Below are positions 40,169 through 49,772 of a stretch of DNA of 64,000 nucleotides, in pieces. The stretch's first letter is position 1. Each line of letters opens with the position of its first letter. The stretch comes from Candidatus Zhuqueibacterota bacterium. GTDB taxonomy: Bacteria; Zhuqueibacterota; Zhuqueibacteria; Thermofontimicrobiales; Thiofontviventaceae. Location: assembly GCA_016926625.1 (NCBI GenBank), contig JAFGOE010000013.1, forward strand, positions 79,587-143,586, written 5' to 3'. Under the pieces are notes generated by a model. It was given only the letters and a program-made list of their open reading frames with translations. It was not told the origin of the DNA and searched no databases. A program made the translations under genes and the position numbers.

Positions 40169-41524
40169 ATGATTCAGGATACAAGAGTTCAGACACTCAA
40201 CAAACAACTACAAAAGAACAGAGAATTTGTCTTATATTGGATGCAAGCCTCCCAGCGCACCGAATGGAATCATGCGCTTGAGTACGCGATCAGCAAGGCG
40301 AATGAATCCAGTAAACCGTTGATCGTTCTGTTCTGCCTCACGGATACCTTCCCCGAAGCCAATTTAAGACATTACCAGTTTATGTTACAGGGATTACGGG
40401 AAGTGGAACGATCGCTGCAGGAGAGAGGCATCAAATTCATATTGCAGCACGAGTCCCCGGAAATTGCAGTCCCCAAAATTTCGGCCCGTGCAGATATGGT
40501 GATTACAGATAGAGGCTACCTGAAGGTGCAGAGATCCTGGCGAAGCCATATCGCTCGCGAGATCGATTGTCCACTAATCCAGGTGGAGTCCGATGTGGTG
40601 GTTCCGATAGAAATTGTCTCTGAGAAAGAACAATATGCCGCAGCCACGATCCGACCCAGGATACTCAAATTAGTGCACGATTATATCGTCCCCGTGAAGG
40701 AACGTATACCCCTTATTCCTGCACCAGATGATGATTTTGAGTCCTTGAAGGCGGAGCAGTTCGAAAAGTGGATCGGGAAATTGAAAATCGATCAAAGTGT
40801 GCAGGCGGTAGATGATTACCAGGGCGGAACTTCAGCGGCCAGGCAATTACTGGACCGATTTCTCGAAGCTAAATTAGAAAAATACGATGAATTACGTAAC
40901 GATCCCTCGCTGGATTTCACATCCCATATGAGTCCATACCTGCATTTCGGTCAGATATCACCCGTTTACATTGCCTGGAAAGTGTTGGAGAGAGGGAGTC
41001 GCGGTGAAGAAGCTTACCTCGAAGAGCTGATCGTACGACGCGAACTCAGTATGAATTTCGTGTACTATAATAAGAATTATGATTCATTCGACTGTCTGCA
41101 CGAATGGGTGCAGCGCACGTTGCTGGAACATGCTGGTGATAGCCGGGAATATATCTACGATAGCGACGAGTTTGAACAAGCGAAGACTAATGACCCTTAT
41201 TGGAATGCAGCTCAGAATGAGATGAGATATACAGGTAAAATGCACGGCTATATGAGGATGTATTGGGGTAAAAAGATTATCGAATGGACGACAAAACCAC
41301 AGGACGCTTATCAGATTGCGTTGTACCTGAACAATAAGTATGAGCTTGATGGTAGAGATCCTAACGGATTCACCGGCGTCGCCTGGTGTTTCGGAAAGCA
41401 TGATCGTGCGTGGGTCGAGCGTAAGATATTTGGAAAGATTAGATACATGAACGCCAATGGCTTAAAGCGAAAATTTGATATCGATGCTTACGTCAGAAAA
41501 GTAGAACAAAAAACGAGTTTTTGA
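40169..41524 (+). CDS. phr: Deoxyribodipyrimidine photolyase, class II-like
   Basis: N-terminal ...FVLYWMQASQRTEWNHALEYA..., ...MSPYLHFGQISP......, and C-terminal ...GKMHGYMRMYWGKKI.EW.......LNNKYELDGRDPNG..G..W..G.HDR.W.ER..FGKIRYMN..G. The YWMQ..QR and GxHGYMRMYW motifs are characteristic of class II CPD photolyases. Confidence 0.85.
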   Translation: MIQDTRVQTLNKQLQKNREFVLYWMQASQRTEWNHALEYAISKANESSKPLIVLFCLTDTFPEANLRHYQFMLQGLREVERSLQERGIKFILQHESPEIAVPKISARADMVITDRGYLKVQRSWRSHIAREIDCPLIQVESDVVVPIEIVSEKEQYAAATIRPRILKLVHDYIVPVKERIPLIPAPDDDFESLKAEQFEKWIGKLKIDQSVQAVDDYQGGTSAARQLLDRFLEAKLEKYDELRNDPSLDFTSHMSPYLHFGQISPVYIAWKVLERGSRGEEAYLEELIVRRELSMNFVYYNKNYDSFDCLHEWVQRTLLEHAGDSREYIYDSDEFEQAKTNDPYWNAAQNEMRYTGKMHGYMRMYWGKKIIEWTTKPQDAYQIALYLNNKYELDGRDPNGFTGVAWCFGKHDRAWVERKIFGKIRYMNANGLKRKFDIDAYVRKVEQKTSF

Positions 41525-41558
41525 TCCAATTACACGATTATTTTTATTACCCTTTTAT

Positions 41559-41597
41559 GCCCGCGGTGGGGGGACACCGTGGGCTTTTATTTTTTTC
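41559..41597 (+). terminator. Rho-independent terminator downstream of phr (convergent with the carotenoid operon end)
   Basis: gcccgcggtg-ggggga-caccgtgggc hairpin (one mismatch) followed by TTTTATTTTTTT. Confidence 0.7.
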
Positions 41598-41638
41598 TTC
41601 CTGCCATCAAAATCGTCTCACCTGAGCAAATGATTGAT

Positions 41639-42361
41639 CTATTCGACTAAAGCCTTACGCCTGGCAGGCAGTTGCCACCACGCAAGATTCGGGAACGCGT
41701 GATGCTCCCAATGGTAACCGAAGTGAAAACAGGTCAGCAATGAAAGCCACACGGGATATTCATTACTTCTGGCGCGATGTTTATCCTTGAAGCCCTGGCT
41801 CGTTTCACGATGAGGAAGATAGGTGCCGAAATAGAAAAGCTGAAATGTACTGGCAAAGGCGGGCACTATCCAGAAGATGATTAAATTTCCGACTGAAATT
41901 TTCAACAGATGGAGTAAAATATTGAAGGCGATCGCCATCCCTACAATTTGAGCCCATCCCATGTATGACCGCATGAATTTAAAATACCACCCCAAAAATG
42001 AAGTGTGGACACCATCATTGTAGTCAGGGTCTTTGCTGCTGGCAGGGTAGCGGTGATGATCCCAGTGTTTTTCCTGCAGAAATGAGAATGAGAAAAACGC
42101 GTACAGAGTGAGTGCGAGACGACCCAATAAGTTGTTCATCATACGATTATGAGGATAAACACGACCATGCATCGCATCGTGAGCCACGATAAAGAGTCCC
42201 GTATATAGCCATGTCTGCCAGAGCATACCTAAGATGATAAAGAAGAGTGAGGTGGATTTCAACTCGATGGTGAACAGAAAAATCAAACTGATCAGCCAGG
42301 CGATCAGTACGGCACCGTTAATAACAATTCCATAAACTGAATTTTTCGTTTTTGATGTCAT
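41639..42361 (-). CDS. crtW: Beta-carotene 4-ketolase, CrtW-type (fatty-acid-desaturase fold)
   Basis: Three His boxes in CrtW arrangement: AHDAMHG, HWDHHR and HWEHHAFP. Also LLTCFHFG.H and GTYLPHR, which match Paracoccus/Brevundimonas CrtW from memory. Confidence 0.85.
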   Translation of the reverse strand: MTSKTKNSVYGIVINGAVLIAWLISLIFLFTIELKSTSLFFIILGMLWQTWLYTGLFIVAHDAMHGRVYPHNRMMNNLLGRLALTLYAFFSFSFLQEKHWDHHRYPASSKDPDYNDGVHTSFLGWYFKFMRSYMGWAQIVGMAIAFNILLHLLKISVGNLIIFWIVPAFASTFQLFYFGTYLPHRETSQGFKDKHRARSNEYPVWLSLLTCFHFGYHWEHHAFPNLAWWQLPARRKALVE

Positions 42362-42370
42362 TTTACGTCC

Positions 42371-43096
42371 TTATTTAAAGAAAATCATGATAAAATATAT
42401 TAACTGAGCAAAATAGATATGCATCATCAGCCGGGACGGTTTTAGTTTATATATGTCGATGATTTGACCGATGACGATGAAGAGGAGACTGATGACAAAC
42501 CAGGCGATGTAATTCTGGACAGGGATCTGACCTGATCGCCATGTCCAATAATTCAGTTTGATCGCTGCGGGTTCCATAAACATGTCGAAGACGACCATAA
42601 ATAGTGCAATTAATAGTGTGCTGAAAATTGGATGGACTTTTAAACTGGCCGGCTTAAGATAATGAACCACCGCATAGGAACTGAGCAGCATACCCAGCCA
42701 GGCAAAGCCGATGGCGACAGGGACGTGTGCAATTTGTGGTTTTAAGAGAGAGCTGTATTTATAATGTCCGAAGATCATGCCTGATCTCATACCGACGAGT
42801 TCAATCAGGTAGCTGACGCAGACGATAAACACGGCGTATGCTACGATTCTGAAAATGAGTTTCGAAGGTCGCCCCGATCGGTTCAAGTGATGAGCGGAAT
42901 TCTCAAAATAAAAATCGATACACGCGATAACGGCCAGCAGGATGATGATGGGTGCAGCGAGAGCGCGCATCAGGCTCTGGAAAACATTCAGAATATGCCA
43001 TAATCCACCTGCGATCAGGAAGAAATAGATGGCTCCGGTCATCCAGACTCGATAGTTTAATTGCCAACTCAACAATGTTCGTTCAAATCTCGCCAT
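42371..43096 (-). CDS. Carotenoid biosynthesis membrane protein (Caroten_synth/DUF422 family; CruF-like carotenoid 1',2'-hydratase candidate)
   Basis: 241-aa polytopic protein with ...ME.AA.KL.YW.W......P..NY..WF... near the C-terminus, as in the CruF family. Sits between the GT2 gene and crtW in a carotenoid operon. Confidence 0.6.
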   Translation of the reverse strand: MARFERTLLSWQLNYRVWMTGAIYFFLIAGGLWHILNVFQSLMRALAAPIIILLAVIACIDFYFENSAHHLNRSGRPSKLIFRIVAYAVFIVCVSYLIELVGMRSGMIFGHYKYSSLLKPQIAHVPVAIGFAWLGMLLSSYAVVHYLKPASLKVHPIFSTLLIALFMVVFDMFMEPAAIKLNYWTWRSGQIPVQNYIAWFVISLLFIVIGQIIDIYKLKPSRLMMHIYFAQLIYFIMIFFK

Positions 43097-43119
43097 AGCA
43101 TTCCCACTTCGATTTAGTG

Positions 43120-44307
43120 TTAATCAGACATTGAGATCGTTCGATCTTTCCACTGGATCGATCCTTTTTTAAATTTAAGAAACGAATTGAATCCGATAAT
43201 AGTGGTTGACAGGATCGCAAGCGGATGAAGGATGACGCTTATGAGAACCGGATGTTTATAGCGGACAGCCTGTATCAAGCGAATCGTTACATTGAGTCCG
43301 ATAGCAAACGCTGAAATCGCAAAGAGTTCTCTGATAAAGACGGTGATATAGGGTAGTACGAAGATCAGCAGAGAGATGAGAGTGATGAACGCATAAGCGA
43401 CATCATTGTTGCCGGTCAGGCCGTAGTAATGTCGTGTAAAACCTGACCACACTTCTCGCCAGTTATGATACATGCGACAGTAAACGGATTTCGTACCTAT
43501 CGATGTGAGGGTTTTGATTCCTCTCTCTTTTGCCAGTCTGTTAAGTGTCGTATCTTCGACTAAAATTTGCTTTATCGCCTCATGTCCGCCGATTTTTTTA
43601 TACGCATCTTTCGTAAATGCAATCCATTGACCGTTGGCAGCCGCTAATGACGGATGTTGGAAATAGTAAGTCGCCCATAAAGGGAGTGTGCCGTACACGA
43701 AAAGATCGATGATCGGTACGATCAATTTTTCACCCATGGTAACTGTGATTTGCTGCGGGAAAGCCGAAAACATGCCTAACGTATAATGCTGAATGTAGGA
43801 TACGGTATGATCGATGGAGTAAGTCTCGTGTATATTATCCGCATCGGTGAAGATATAGATGTCGCCTGATGCTCTCTGCGCAAGTTGATGACATGCCCAA
43901 TTTTTACCGAGCCATCCAGGGGGTAATTTTTCGCCCCTGATATATTGAACTTGCGGATATTTATGGGCATAGTTTTGAATGATCGCTTCCGTGTCATCGC
44001 TCGAGTTATCGTTTAGCACGATGATTTCGAATTTGGGATAGTTTTGCTTGAGCATGCTTTCGATACAGTGCGCAATTACTTTACCCTCATTTCTGGCAGG
44101 GATAAGGACGGAGACCATGGGGTAATCAGCCTGCCCTTTGGCCCTGCGTCTCAAATAGGGTCCAAACAGCAAGTTGATCCACGTGATACACAAGATAAAG
44201 ATCAGACATATAACGCTAAACAGCAACACACTATGCACTATGCCTCCCTGTGTCAGCAGACGACGGTTATGTTGTATAAAATAGACCTCATCATCCAGGT
44301 TAGCCAT
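43120..44307 (-). CDS. Family-2 glycosyltransferase with C-terminal TM helices (carotenoid glycosyltransferase candidate, CruC/CrtQ-like)
   Basis: GT2 motifs VSVLIPARNEG..I..C..S.L.Q.YP.FEIIVL.D.S.DDT and FTDAD.. (DxD). Operon context. Confidence 0.7.
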   Translation of the reverse strand: MANLDDEVYFIQHNRRLLTQGGIVHSVLLFSVICLIFILCITWINLLFGPYLRRRAKGQADYPMVSVLIPARNEGKVIAHCIESMLKQNYPKFEIIVLNDNSSDDTEAIIQNYAHKYPQVQYIRGEKLPPGWLGKNWACHQLAQRASGDIYIFTDADNIHETYSIDHTVSYIQHYTLGMFSAFPQQITVTMGEKLIVPIIDLFVYGTLPLWATYYFQHPSLAAANGQWIAFTKDAYKKIGGHEAIKQILVEDTTLNRLAKERGIKTLTSIGTKSVYCRMYHNWREVWSGFTRHYYGLTGNNDVAYAFITLISLLIFVLPYITVFIRELFAISAFAIGLNVTIRLIQAVRYKHPVLISVILHPLAILSTTIIGFNSFLKFKKGSIQWKDRTISMSD

Positions 44308-44418
44308 TTTGCAGGCTATAGATAGGACTTAAACTGGTTCTATTCACGAAATCAGGCAAAAATCGTTACGGACGCTTGAATATTGAGATCGAGCATAACG
44401 ATCTGAAGAGCCGATCTG

Positions 44419-45087
44419 TCACTCATGATAACCGTTTCCCTGATTCCTGTTGATGATATCGAGCTGCAGTGAGTCCAATAAGCTGGTCACTTCCTGTTCC
44501 AGCGAGTTCATCCCCGGGAAACTATTCGGATCGTAAACATGATTTTCACCGAATTTAAAGAATACATCGGCTTTTTGCTGGTTTAGATATTCGATGCGAA
44601 ATACCACAGGCAACAGATTAATCTGACGTTGAGATTTCGAAATGATCCATTCGAGTCCCTTTTTAAAATTCAATGGTCGTATGGTCCAGGGTAATAGTTC
44701 ACCCTGTGGAAACAATGTGACCAGTGGTGCCGGCTCTGTGTGAAGATTTATCAGATCGAGCGTGTAATTGAGGGATCTTCTGATTTCTTTGTAATCATCA
44801 GGATCGATACTATAGGCACCGACATGTTTAAAAAAGAAATATTTTTTTAATTGCTTCTCCAGCATCATGATGTAAATCTGTCGTTGGAAACAATACTTAT
44901 TCAGCCAATAGACGAAAAAACCATCCCACCAGGTGCTGTGATTGGGGATTAACAGCAGTGGCAATTCCAGGTGAGTTGCAGGGCATCGATTGATCATGGT
45001 GAATGAATGAAAACTATGCTTCATCAATCTCATGATATAAAGATCGAAAATAAAATTGGCCCATTTTTTATGACTGGCTTCTATCAT
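44419..45087 (-). CDS. Lysophospholipid/glycerol-phosphate acyltransferase-family protein (carotenoid-glycoside acyltransferase candidate, CruD-like)
   Basis: HX4D motif NHSTWWDG and a downstream ...FPQGEL... block. Operon context between crtB and the GT2 gene. Confidence 0.65.
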   Translation of the reverse strand: MIEASHKKWANFIFDLYIMRLMKHSFHSFTMINRCPATHLELPLLLIPNHSTWWDGFFVYWLNKYCFQRQIYIMMLEKQLKKYFFFKHVGAYSIDPDDYKEIRRSLNYTLDLINLHTEPAPLVTLFPQGELLPWTIRPLNFKKGLEWIISKSQRQINLLPVVFRIEYLNQQKADVFFKFGENHVYDPNSFPGMNSLEQEVTSLLDSLQLDIINRNQGNGYHE

Positions 45088-45122
45088 CTGGTTTTATTTT
45101 ACGGTGATTGATTAAAAAACAA

Positions 45123-46052
45123 TCAATTTTGACTGAATAGATGCAAGATCCGGCTCGCATTGATCGCTATCATTTCTCTGAAAATGATGTTAAATTTTTT
45201 CGATTGAGGAACGTAGACACGACCCAGGAACGGATTATAATCGTTCTGTTCTATTTTCTTCAATATACCGCTATATATTTTGCTGGCAGCCTTAATGGCA
45301 ATCTGTGAATCGTAATACAGCATCGGGATGCCTATGGCAGCCTCATGATAGTATTGGTTTGCTTGCTCGATGTGAAATTTAATAAGATCCCGCAAATTAT
45401 CGTTAACCGTTTCATTCAGAATATCCTGTTCGGTGAGGTTGAAGCGATTCAATTCCTCCAGTGGAATATAGATTCTATCGACATTTTTATCTTCCTGAAT
45501 ATCGCGAAGGATGTTGGTTAATTGCATCGCGATGCCTAATTTTTCAGCGTAAACAAATGCTTGTGGATTTTTATAGCCGAGCACATAAGTCATCATGAGA
45601 CCAACGACACCGGCGACGCGATAGCAGAATACGTATAGATCATCGAACGTCTGGTAGCGATTTATTTTTATATCCATCTTCACCCCGTTGAGTAAATCGA
45701 CAGGATATTCGATAGGTATGTTAAATTTCTTAGCCACCACGATAAACGATCTTATGATCGGATGTTCCGATTCGCCTGAGCGATAGGCGATTCCAAGTTC
45801 CCTGATGAGGTGATCGATTTCGGCGATCAACTCATCGTTAGAGCGTTCCCTGGGGTTATCGATTAGATTGTCGGCAAATCGACAGAAACCATATAACGCA
45901 AACGTCGCCCATCGTCTCTCCGGTGGCAGGACCATCGTTGAAATGTAAAAACTCTTCGAATAGTACTTTGAAGAGAGACGTGCGTGAAGAAAAGCCGGTT
46001 TTAATAACGGATCTGTCCAAAATTTCAATGGTTTCTCCTTTTGTCCTCGCAT
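45123..46052 (-). CDS. crtB: Phytoene synthase
   Basis: ...SKSFY.S...LP...R.A..ALY.FCR.AD...D, ...Y.VAGVVG.MM...., and ...A.QLTNILRDI.ED....RIY.P.E. Start at Met48 of the tracked ORF. The upstream 47 codons overlap the crtI 3' end and look spurious. Confidence 0.9.
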   Translation of the reverse strand: MRGQKEKPLKFWTDPLLKPAFLHARLSSKYYSKSFYISTMVLPPERRWATFALYGFCRFADNLIDNPRERSNDELIAEIDHLIRELGIAYRSGESEHPIIRSFIVVAKKFNIPIEYPVDLLNGVKMDIKINRYQTFDDLYVFCYRVAGVVGLMMTYVLGYKNPQAFVYAEKLGIAMQLTNILRDIQEDKNVDRIYIPLEELNRFNLTEQDILNETVNDNLRDLIKFHIEQANQYYHEAAIGIPMLYYDSQIAIKAASKIYSGILKKIEQNDYNPFLGRVYVPQSKKFNIIFREMIAINASRILHLFSQN

Positions 46053-46059
46053 GTTGTGA

Positions 46060-47550
46060 CTACTTCTCAGGTTGAGTGTTGAAATCCTGCACAATGGCGT
46101 TTTCAGTCGCTTCGGCCGAGAGTAGAACTCCTGGCACACCGGCTCCGGGGTGAGTACTTGCACCGACCAGGTAAAAGTTCTTGATGTCTTCACTTCGGTT
46201 TTTGGGTCTGAATATCGCTGTCTGCGTTAGTTTTGGCTCAAGACCCCATGCACTACCCAAATAATCATTACAGAGCGATTCGAAATCGTTTGGAGTAAAT
46301 ATTTCCATGACTTCCAAATTTTCCTTCAGGTCTGTCAGACCGAATTCATGTTCCAAAAAGTTGATGATTCGTTCGGCAAATGGCCTGGCCATATCGTCCC
46401 AATTTATTTTCGCGAGAAGGTTTGGGACTGGTGCCAACACATACATGCTTTCACATCCTTCCGGAGCCATCGATTTATCGGTGCGAGTAGGGACATGGCA
46501 ATAGAGTGAAAAGTCATCGGCCAGTATTTTTCTGTCGAATATGTCATAGATCAATTGTTTGTATCGTTTTGCGATAATCAACGTATGGTGCAGCATCTTG
46601 GGATATTGTTTCTTTACACCGAGATACAGCATAAACGCGCTCATCGAGTAATCCATGTTCTTGACCTTGCGATCGCTCCATTTCCTTCTGGCCGAACGAT
46701 CGATCAGGTCGAGATGGGTCGATGCGAAATGTGCATTAGAGACGACGGCATCGAACTTTAAATGCTCATCATTGACAACGACTCCGGTAGCAACGCCGTT
46801 TTCCACTGTTATCTTAGCAACCGGAGAATTTGTTCTGAGCGTGCCGTTCAAATCGATAAACAATTTTTCCATGGCTTTAACGAGTGAGTACATTCCTCCC
46901 TTCGAGTACCAGATTCCTTCCTCTTTTTCCAGGTAAGGTATCATAAGGTATACAGATGGCGAACGAAAGGGATTGCCGCCTATAAAAAGCGTATTAAAGG
47001 AGAATGTGAACACATTTTTAGGATGTCTAAAGAATCGCCTGACCGCCGTGTACGAGGGGAGAGGCACCATTAATCGTGTCGCTGCCGGAGTAAATTTCAA
47101 CATAGTCGCCAGATCAAACGGCTTTTTCCCGAGTCCTTCGACGATTACTTTGTGATGAATTTTGCCGGCGAATTTGATAAAACGTTCATAGTTTGCAGCG
47201 TCGTGTTCATCAAATTTACCAAGTTGCCTTTTCATTTCTGCGGTATCACCCTGGTAATCGGTGAATGTCCCATCATGAAAGTAGATACGATAGAATGGAT
47301 CAAGGGGAACCAATTCTACATAATCTTCAAGACGTTTATTTGCCGCTTTAAATATATCTTTGATGATCCCGGGTGAAGTGATCAGAGAAGGTCCTAAATC
47401 GAATGTATAACCATTTTTTTTCATTTGATAGGCATGACCACCCACGTGTTCATTCTTTTCGAAAAGTGTGACATCAAAACCGCGCGCCTGTAATCGCGCC
47501 GCCAGAGAGAGTCCGCCGAAACCTGATCCGATTACTGCTATTGTAGCCAT
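46060..47550 (-). CDS. crtI: Phytoene desaturase (CrtI-type)
   Basis: N-terminal dinucleotide fold IAVIGSGFGGLSLA..L...G..V.LFEK.....G.A, ...GP...T.P, and the C-terminal ...YLVGA.THPGAGVPGV..S. Confidence 0.9.
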   Translation of the reverse strand: MATIAVIGSGFGGLSLAARLQARGFDVTLFEKNEHVGGHAYQMKKNGYTFDLGPSLITSPGIIKDIFKAANKRLEDYVELVPLDPFYRIYFHDGTFTDYQGDTAEMKRQLGKFDEHDAANYERFIKFAGKIHHKVIVEGLGKKPFDLATMLKFTPAATRLMVPLPSYTAVRRFFRHPKNVFTFSFNTLFIGGNPFRSPSVYLMIPYLEKEEGIWYSKGGMYSLVKAMEKLFIDLNGTLRTNSPVAKITVENGVATGVVVNDEHLKFDAVVSNAHFASTHLDLIDRSARRKWSDRKVKNMDYSMSAFMLYLGVKKQYPKMLHHTLIIAKRYKQLIYDIFDRKILADDFSLYCHVPTRTDKSMAPEGCESMYVLAPVPNLLAKINWDDMARPFAERIINFLEHEFGLTDLKENLEVMEIFTPNDFESLCNDYLGSAWGLEPKLTQTAIFRPKNRSEDIKNFYLVGASTHPGAGVPGVLLSAEATENAIVQDFNTQPEK

Positions 47551-47623
47551 AAATATATCTCCTATTGTTAATGCTCGAATGATTTCACTGTTGAAAACAG
47601 TCTATTATTGAAAATCAGTACTG

Positions 47624-49102
47624 CTACCGCTTTTTGTCATTTATCAAATCTGCACATATTTTTCCCGAGAGGAGAGTCAGCGGAACACCGCCGCCGGGAT
47701 GAGTCGATCCGCCACAGAAGTAAAGGTTTTCCAGATCCCTGTTCCTGTTTGGAGGACGTCTGAAAGCAGATGTCCTGCTGTTGGACGATATCCCGTAAAT
47801 GCTACCTCTGTTGCTGCCGTATTTTTGTTCAAAGTCGAGAGGTGAAATGACACTTTCGTGAGCGATTCCATCGCTCAGGTCGATCCCGAACTGCCCTAAT
47901 CTGGATAAAACATGATGTCGTGTCGATTCGATGAGACTGCTCCAATCCTGATCCTCCGTTATATAAGGCGTATTGACCAGGACAAACCAATTTTCATGTC
48001 CTGATGGAGCGTGTCGAGGATCAGACTTACTGCTGATCGACACATAGATCGTCGGCTCTTCGGGCACTATTTTTTGTTTGAAGATTTGGTCAAATTCCTG
48101 TTGATAGTTAGATGCAAAAAATAAATTATGGTGCGCTAACCTATCCATCTTTTTTCTGACTGCCCATAAGAACACCAGTCCCGATGACGACGGTTCGAGT
48201 CGGTTTAATCGAACTCGTCTCCTTTCAAACCCGTCGATCAATGTGTTATAGGCGTTTACCACATCAGCGTTGCATACGATATAATCGGCGCTGACGGCCT
48301 CCCCGTTGACGATGACGCCCGTTGCTTTTTTATCGCGGTGAATTAATTTGTCAACCCTGGTTGATGGGTGTATTTTAACATCCATGTCCTGTAACAGATT
48401 GGATAATACGTCGATGAGTCTGTACATACCTCCTTTGATGTAGTAGCCACCCAGTTCATGCTCTACATATGGAATAATATTGAGTGTTGCAGGGGCTTTG
48501 AATGGATTCGAACCGTTATACGTCGTATACCGATCGAACAGTTGAACAATTTTAGGATCGTGAAAAAACGATCTGTTGGCGTTATGTACTGTGCGGAACG
48601 GATCAATTTCATAAGAATGGAAAAGTTTAGCGAGTGTTTCCCATCGCATCAACGAGCTGATCTCATGAATAGGACGGAACAGGAATAGATCGGCAGATAA
48701 ATCGTAGATACGGCGTCCATATTTTAAATAGTTCACGTAATTTGACGCGTCTTTTGCCGAGATCATTGCCATTTGTTCTATCGATGTTTCGAGCGAATTA
48801 GACATGTCGATCGTGGTCCCATCATCCCAAAAATAGCGACAGATAGGATCGACCAACGTCAGATCAAGATAATCGGGACGGTGTAGATGCAATGTTGAAA
48901 ATAGATCGTCCAGGATAAAGGGCATCGTCAATAAGGTCGGTCCGGTATCGAATCTAAATTCGTTCCACCGATGTTCATTCATCTTCCCACCCAGCCGATC
49001 ATTGCTCTCAAATATTTCGACATGGAAACCTTTCGCTCTCAGATGCAGCGCAGCACTGATTCCGCCTAAACCTCCTCCTATGACAACGACTTTTTTATTC
49101 AT
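47624..49102 (-). CDS. CrtI-family carotenoid desaturase, CrtD-like (1-hydroxycarotenoid 3,4-desaturase candidate)
   Basis: VVVIGGGLGG.SAA..L...GF.V..FE.N...GGK, ...DTGPT..TMP, and the C-terminal ...LYFCGGSTHPGGGVP. It is the second CrtI paralog in the same operon, co-occurring with a CruF-like gene. Confidence 0.7.
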   Translation of the reverse strand: MNKKVVVIGGGLGGISAALHLRAKGFHVEIFESNDRLGGKMNEHRWNEFRFDTGPTLLTMPFILDDLFSTLHLHRPDYLDLTLVDPICRYFWDDGTTIDMSNSLETSIEQMAMISAKDASNYVNYLKYGRRIYDLSADLFLFRPIHEISSLMRWETLAKLFHSYEIDPFRTVHNANRSFFHDPKIVQLFDRYTTYNGSNPFKAPATLNIIPYVEHELGGYYIKGGMYRLIDVLSNLLQDMDVKIHPSTRVDKLIHRDKKATGVIVNGEAVSADYIVCNADVVNAYNTLIDGFERRRVRLNRLEPSSSGLVFLWAVRKKMDRLAHHNLFFASNYQQEFDQIFKQKIVPEEPTIYVSISSKSDPRHAPSGHENWFVLVNTPYITEDQDWSSLIESTRHHVLSRLGQFGIDLSDGIAHESVISPLDFEQKYGSNRGSIYGISSNSRTSAFRRPPNRNRDLENLYFCGGSTHPGGGVPLTLLSGKICADLINDKKR

Positions 49103-49772
49103 GCTTCCTCATTTTTATTTTTTCATAGATCAGGGTGCATAACAGCAGATGACTGAATCCATACAGGAAATCTTCCATCGGGATAGTAAATATTTTCCAG
49201 TTCAGCTGGTAGCTGTAATCATACAGCACGACGGGTCTGGAGGTGAGATATCCATTGAAGATCAGCATCAGCAGGGCGATGATCATGATATAATAGTATG
49301 TTAGTGATCGGGAAAAGATACGTGTCTTTAAATGACCATCGAGTATGAATACGATAGATAAGAAGAACAGGACGATAGCAGTGTATTCTTTACCGACTAA
49401 CGCGGAAGGAATTGAAAGTAGCAACAGTGCCACAGCGATATAATTTTGAAAGTTAGACTTTTTAAAATAATGGTTATTGAAGTAGGCATGGAGCACGTCC
49501 CACACGAAGAGTGTCGAGAAAGGGACGGTGATGAAGAACAACCACTCACCGGGTGGTAATTTTAATATTCTGGTGGTCATGACATATGTGTCGTTGAACC
49601 ACCAGTGTCGGTCAGTGACGATGATATCCCAACTGATAAATATGAGCAATGGGATGGTAATCGATTTTAGCACATCGATCCAGCGAGTATAATAATGTAC
49701 CTTGTTATCGAAGCTGAGCATCAGTGGGCCCGATAACACGATGATATTAAAAATTAGATATTCGTACTTCAA
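49095..49772 (-). CDS. Lycopene cyclase-domain protein (fused CrtYc/CrtYd-type)
   Basis: 225-aa, roughly 7-TM protein with two similar halves. N-terminal YLIFNIIV..GPL..SFD and a central PxEE/W-like segment (LPPGEWLFF..VP). Operon position is directly upstream of the desaturases. Family call is from topology and context, so moderate. Confidence 0.6.
   Translation of the reverse strand: MKYEYLIFNIIVLSGPLMLSFDNKVHYYTRWIDVLKSITIPLLIFISWDIIVTDRHWWFNDTYVMTTRILKLPPGEWLFFITVPFSTLFVWDVLHAYFNNHYFKKSNFQNYIAVALLLLSIPSALVGKEYTAIVLFFLSIVFILDGHLKTRIFSRSLTYYYIMIIALLMLIFNGYLTSRPVVLYDYSYQLNWKIFTIPMEDFLYGFSHLLLCTLIYEKIKMRKHE

Noticed and set aside
46053-46193. N-terminal 47-codon extension of the crtB ORF that overlaps the crtI 3' end.
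   Set aside because: The extension has no similarity to phytoene synthases, whereas Met48 begins the conserved region only 7 nt after the crtI stop. The overlap is an ORF-caller artefact, not a genuine 130-nt gene overlap.
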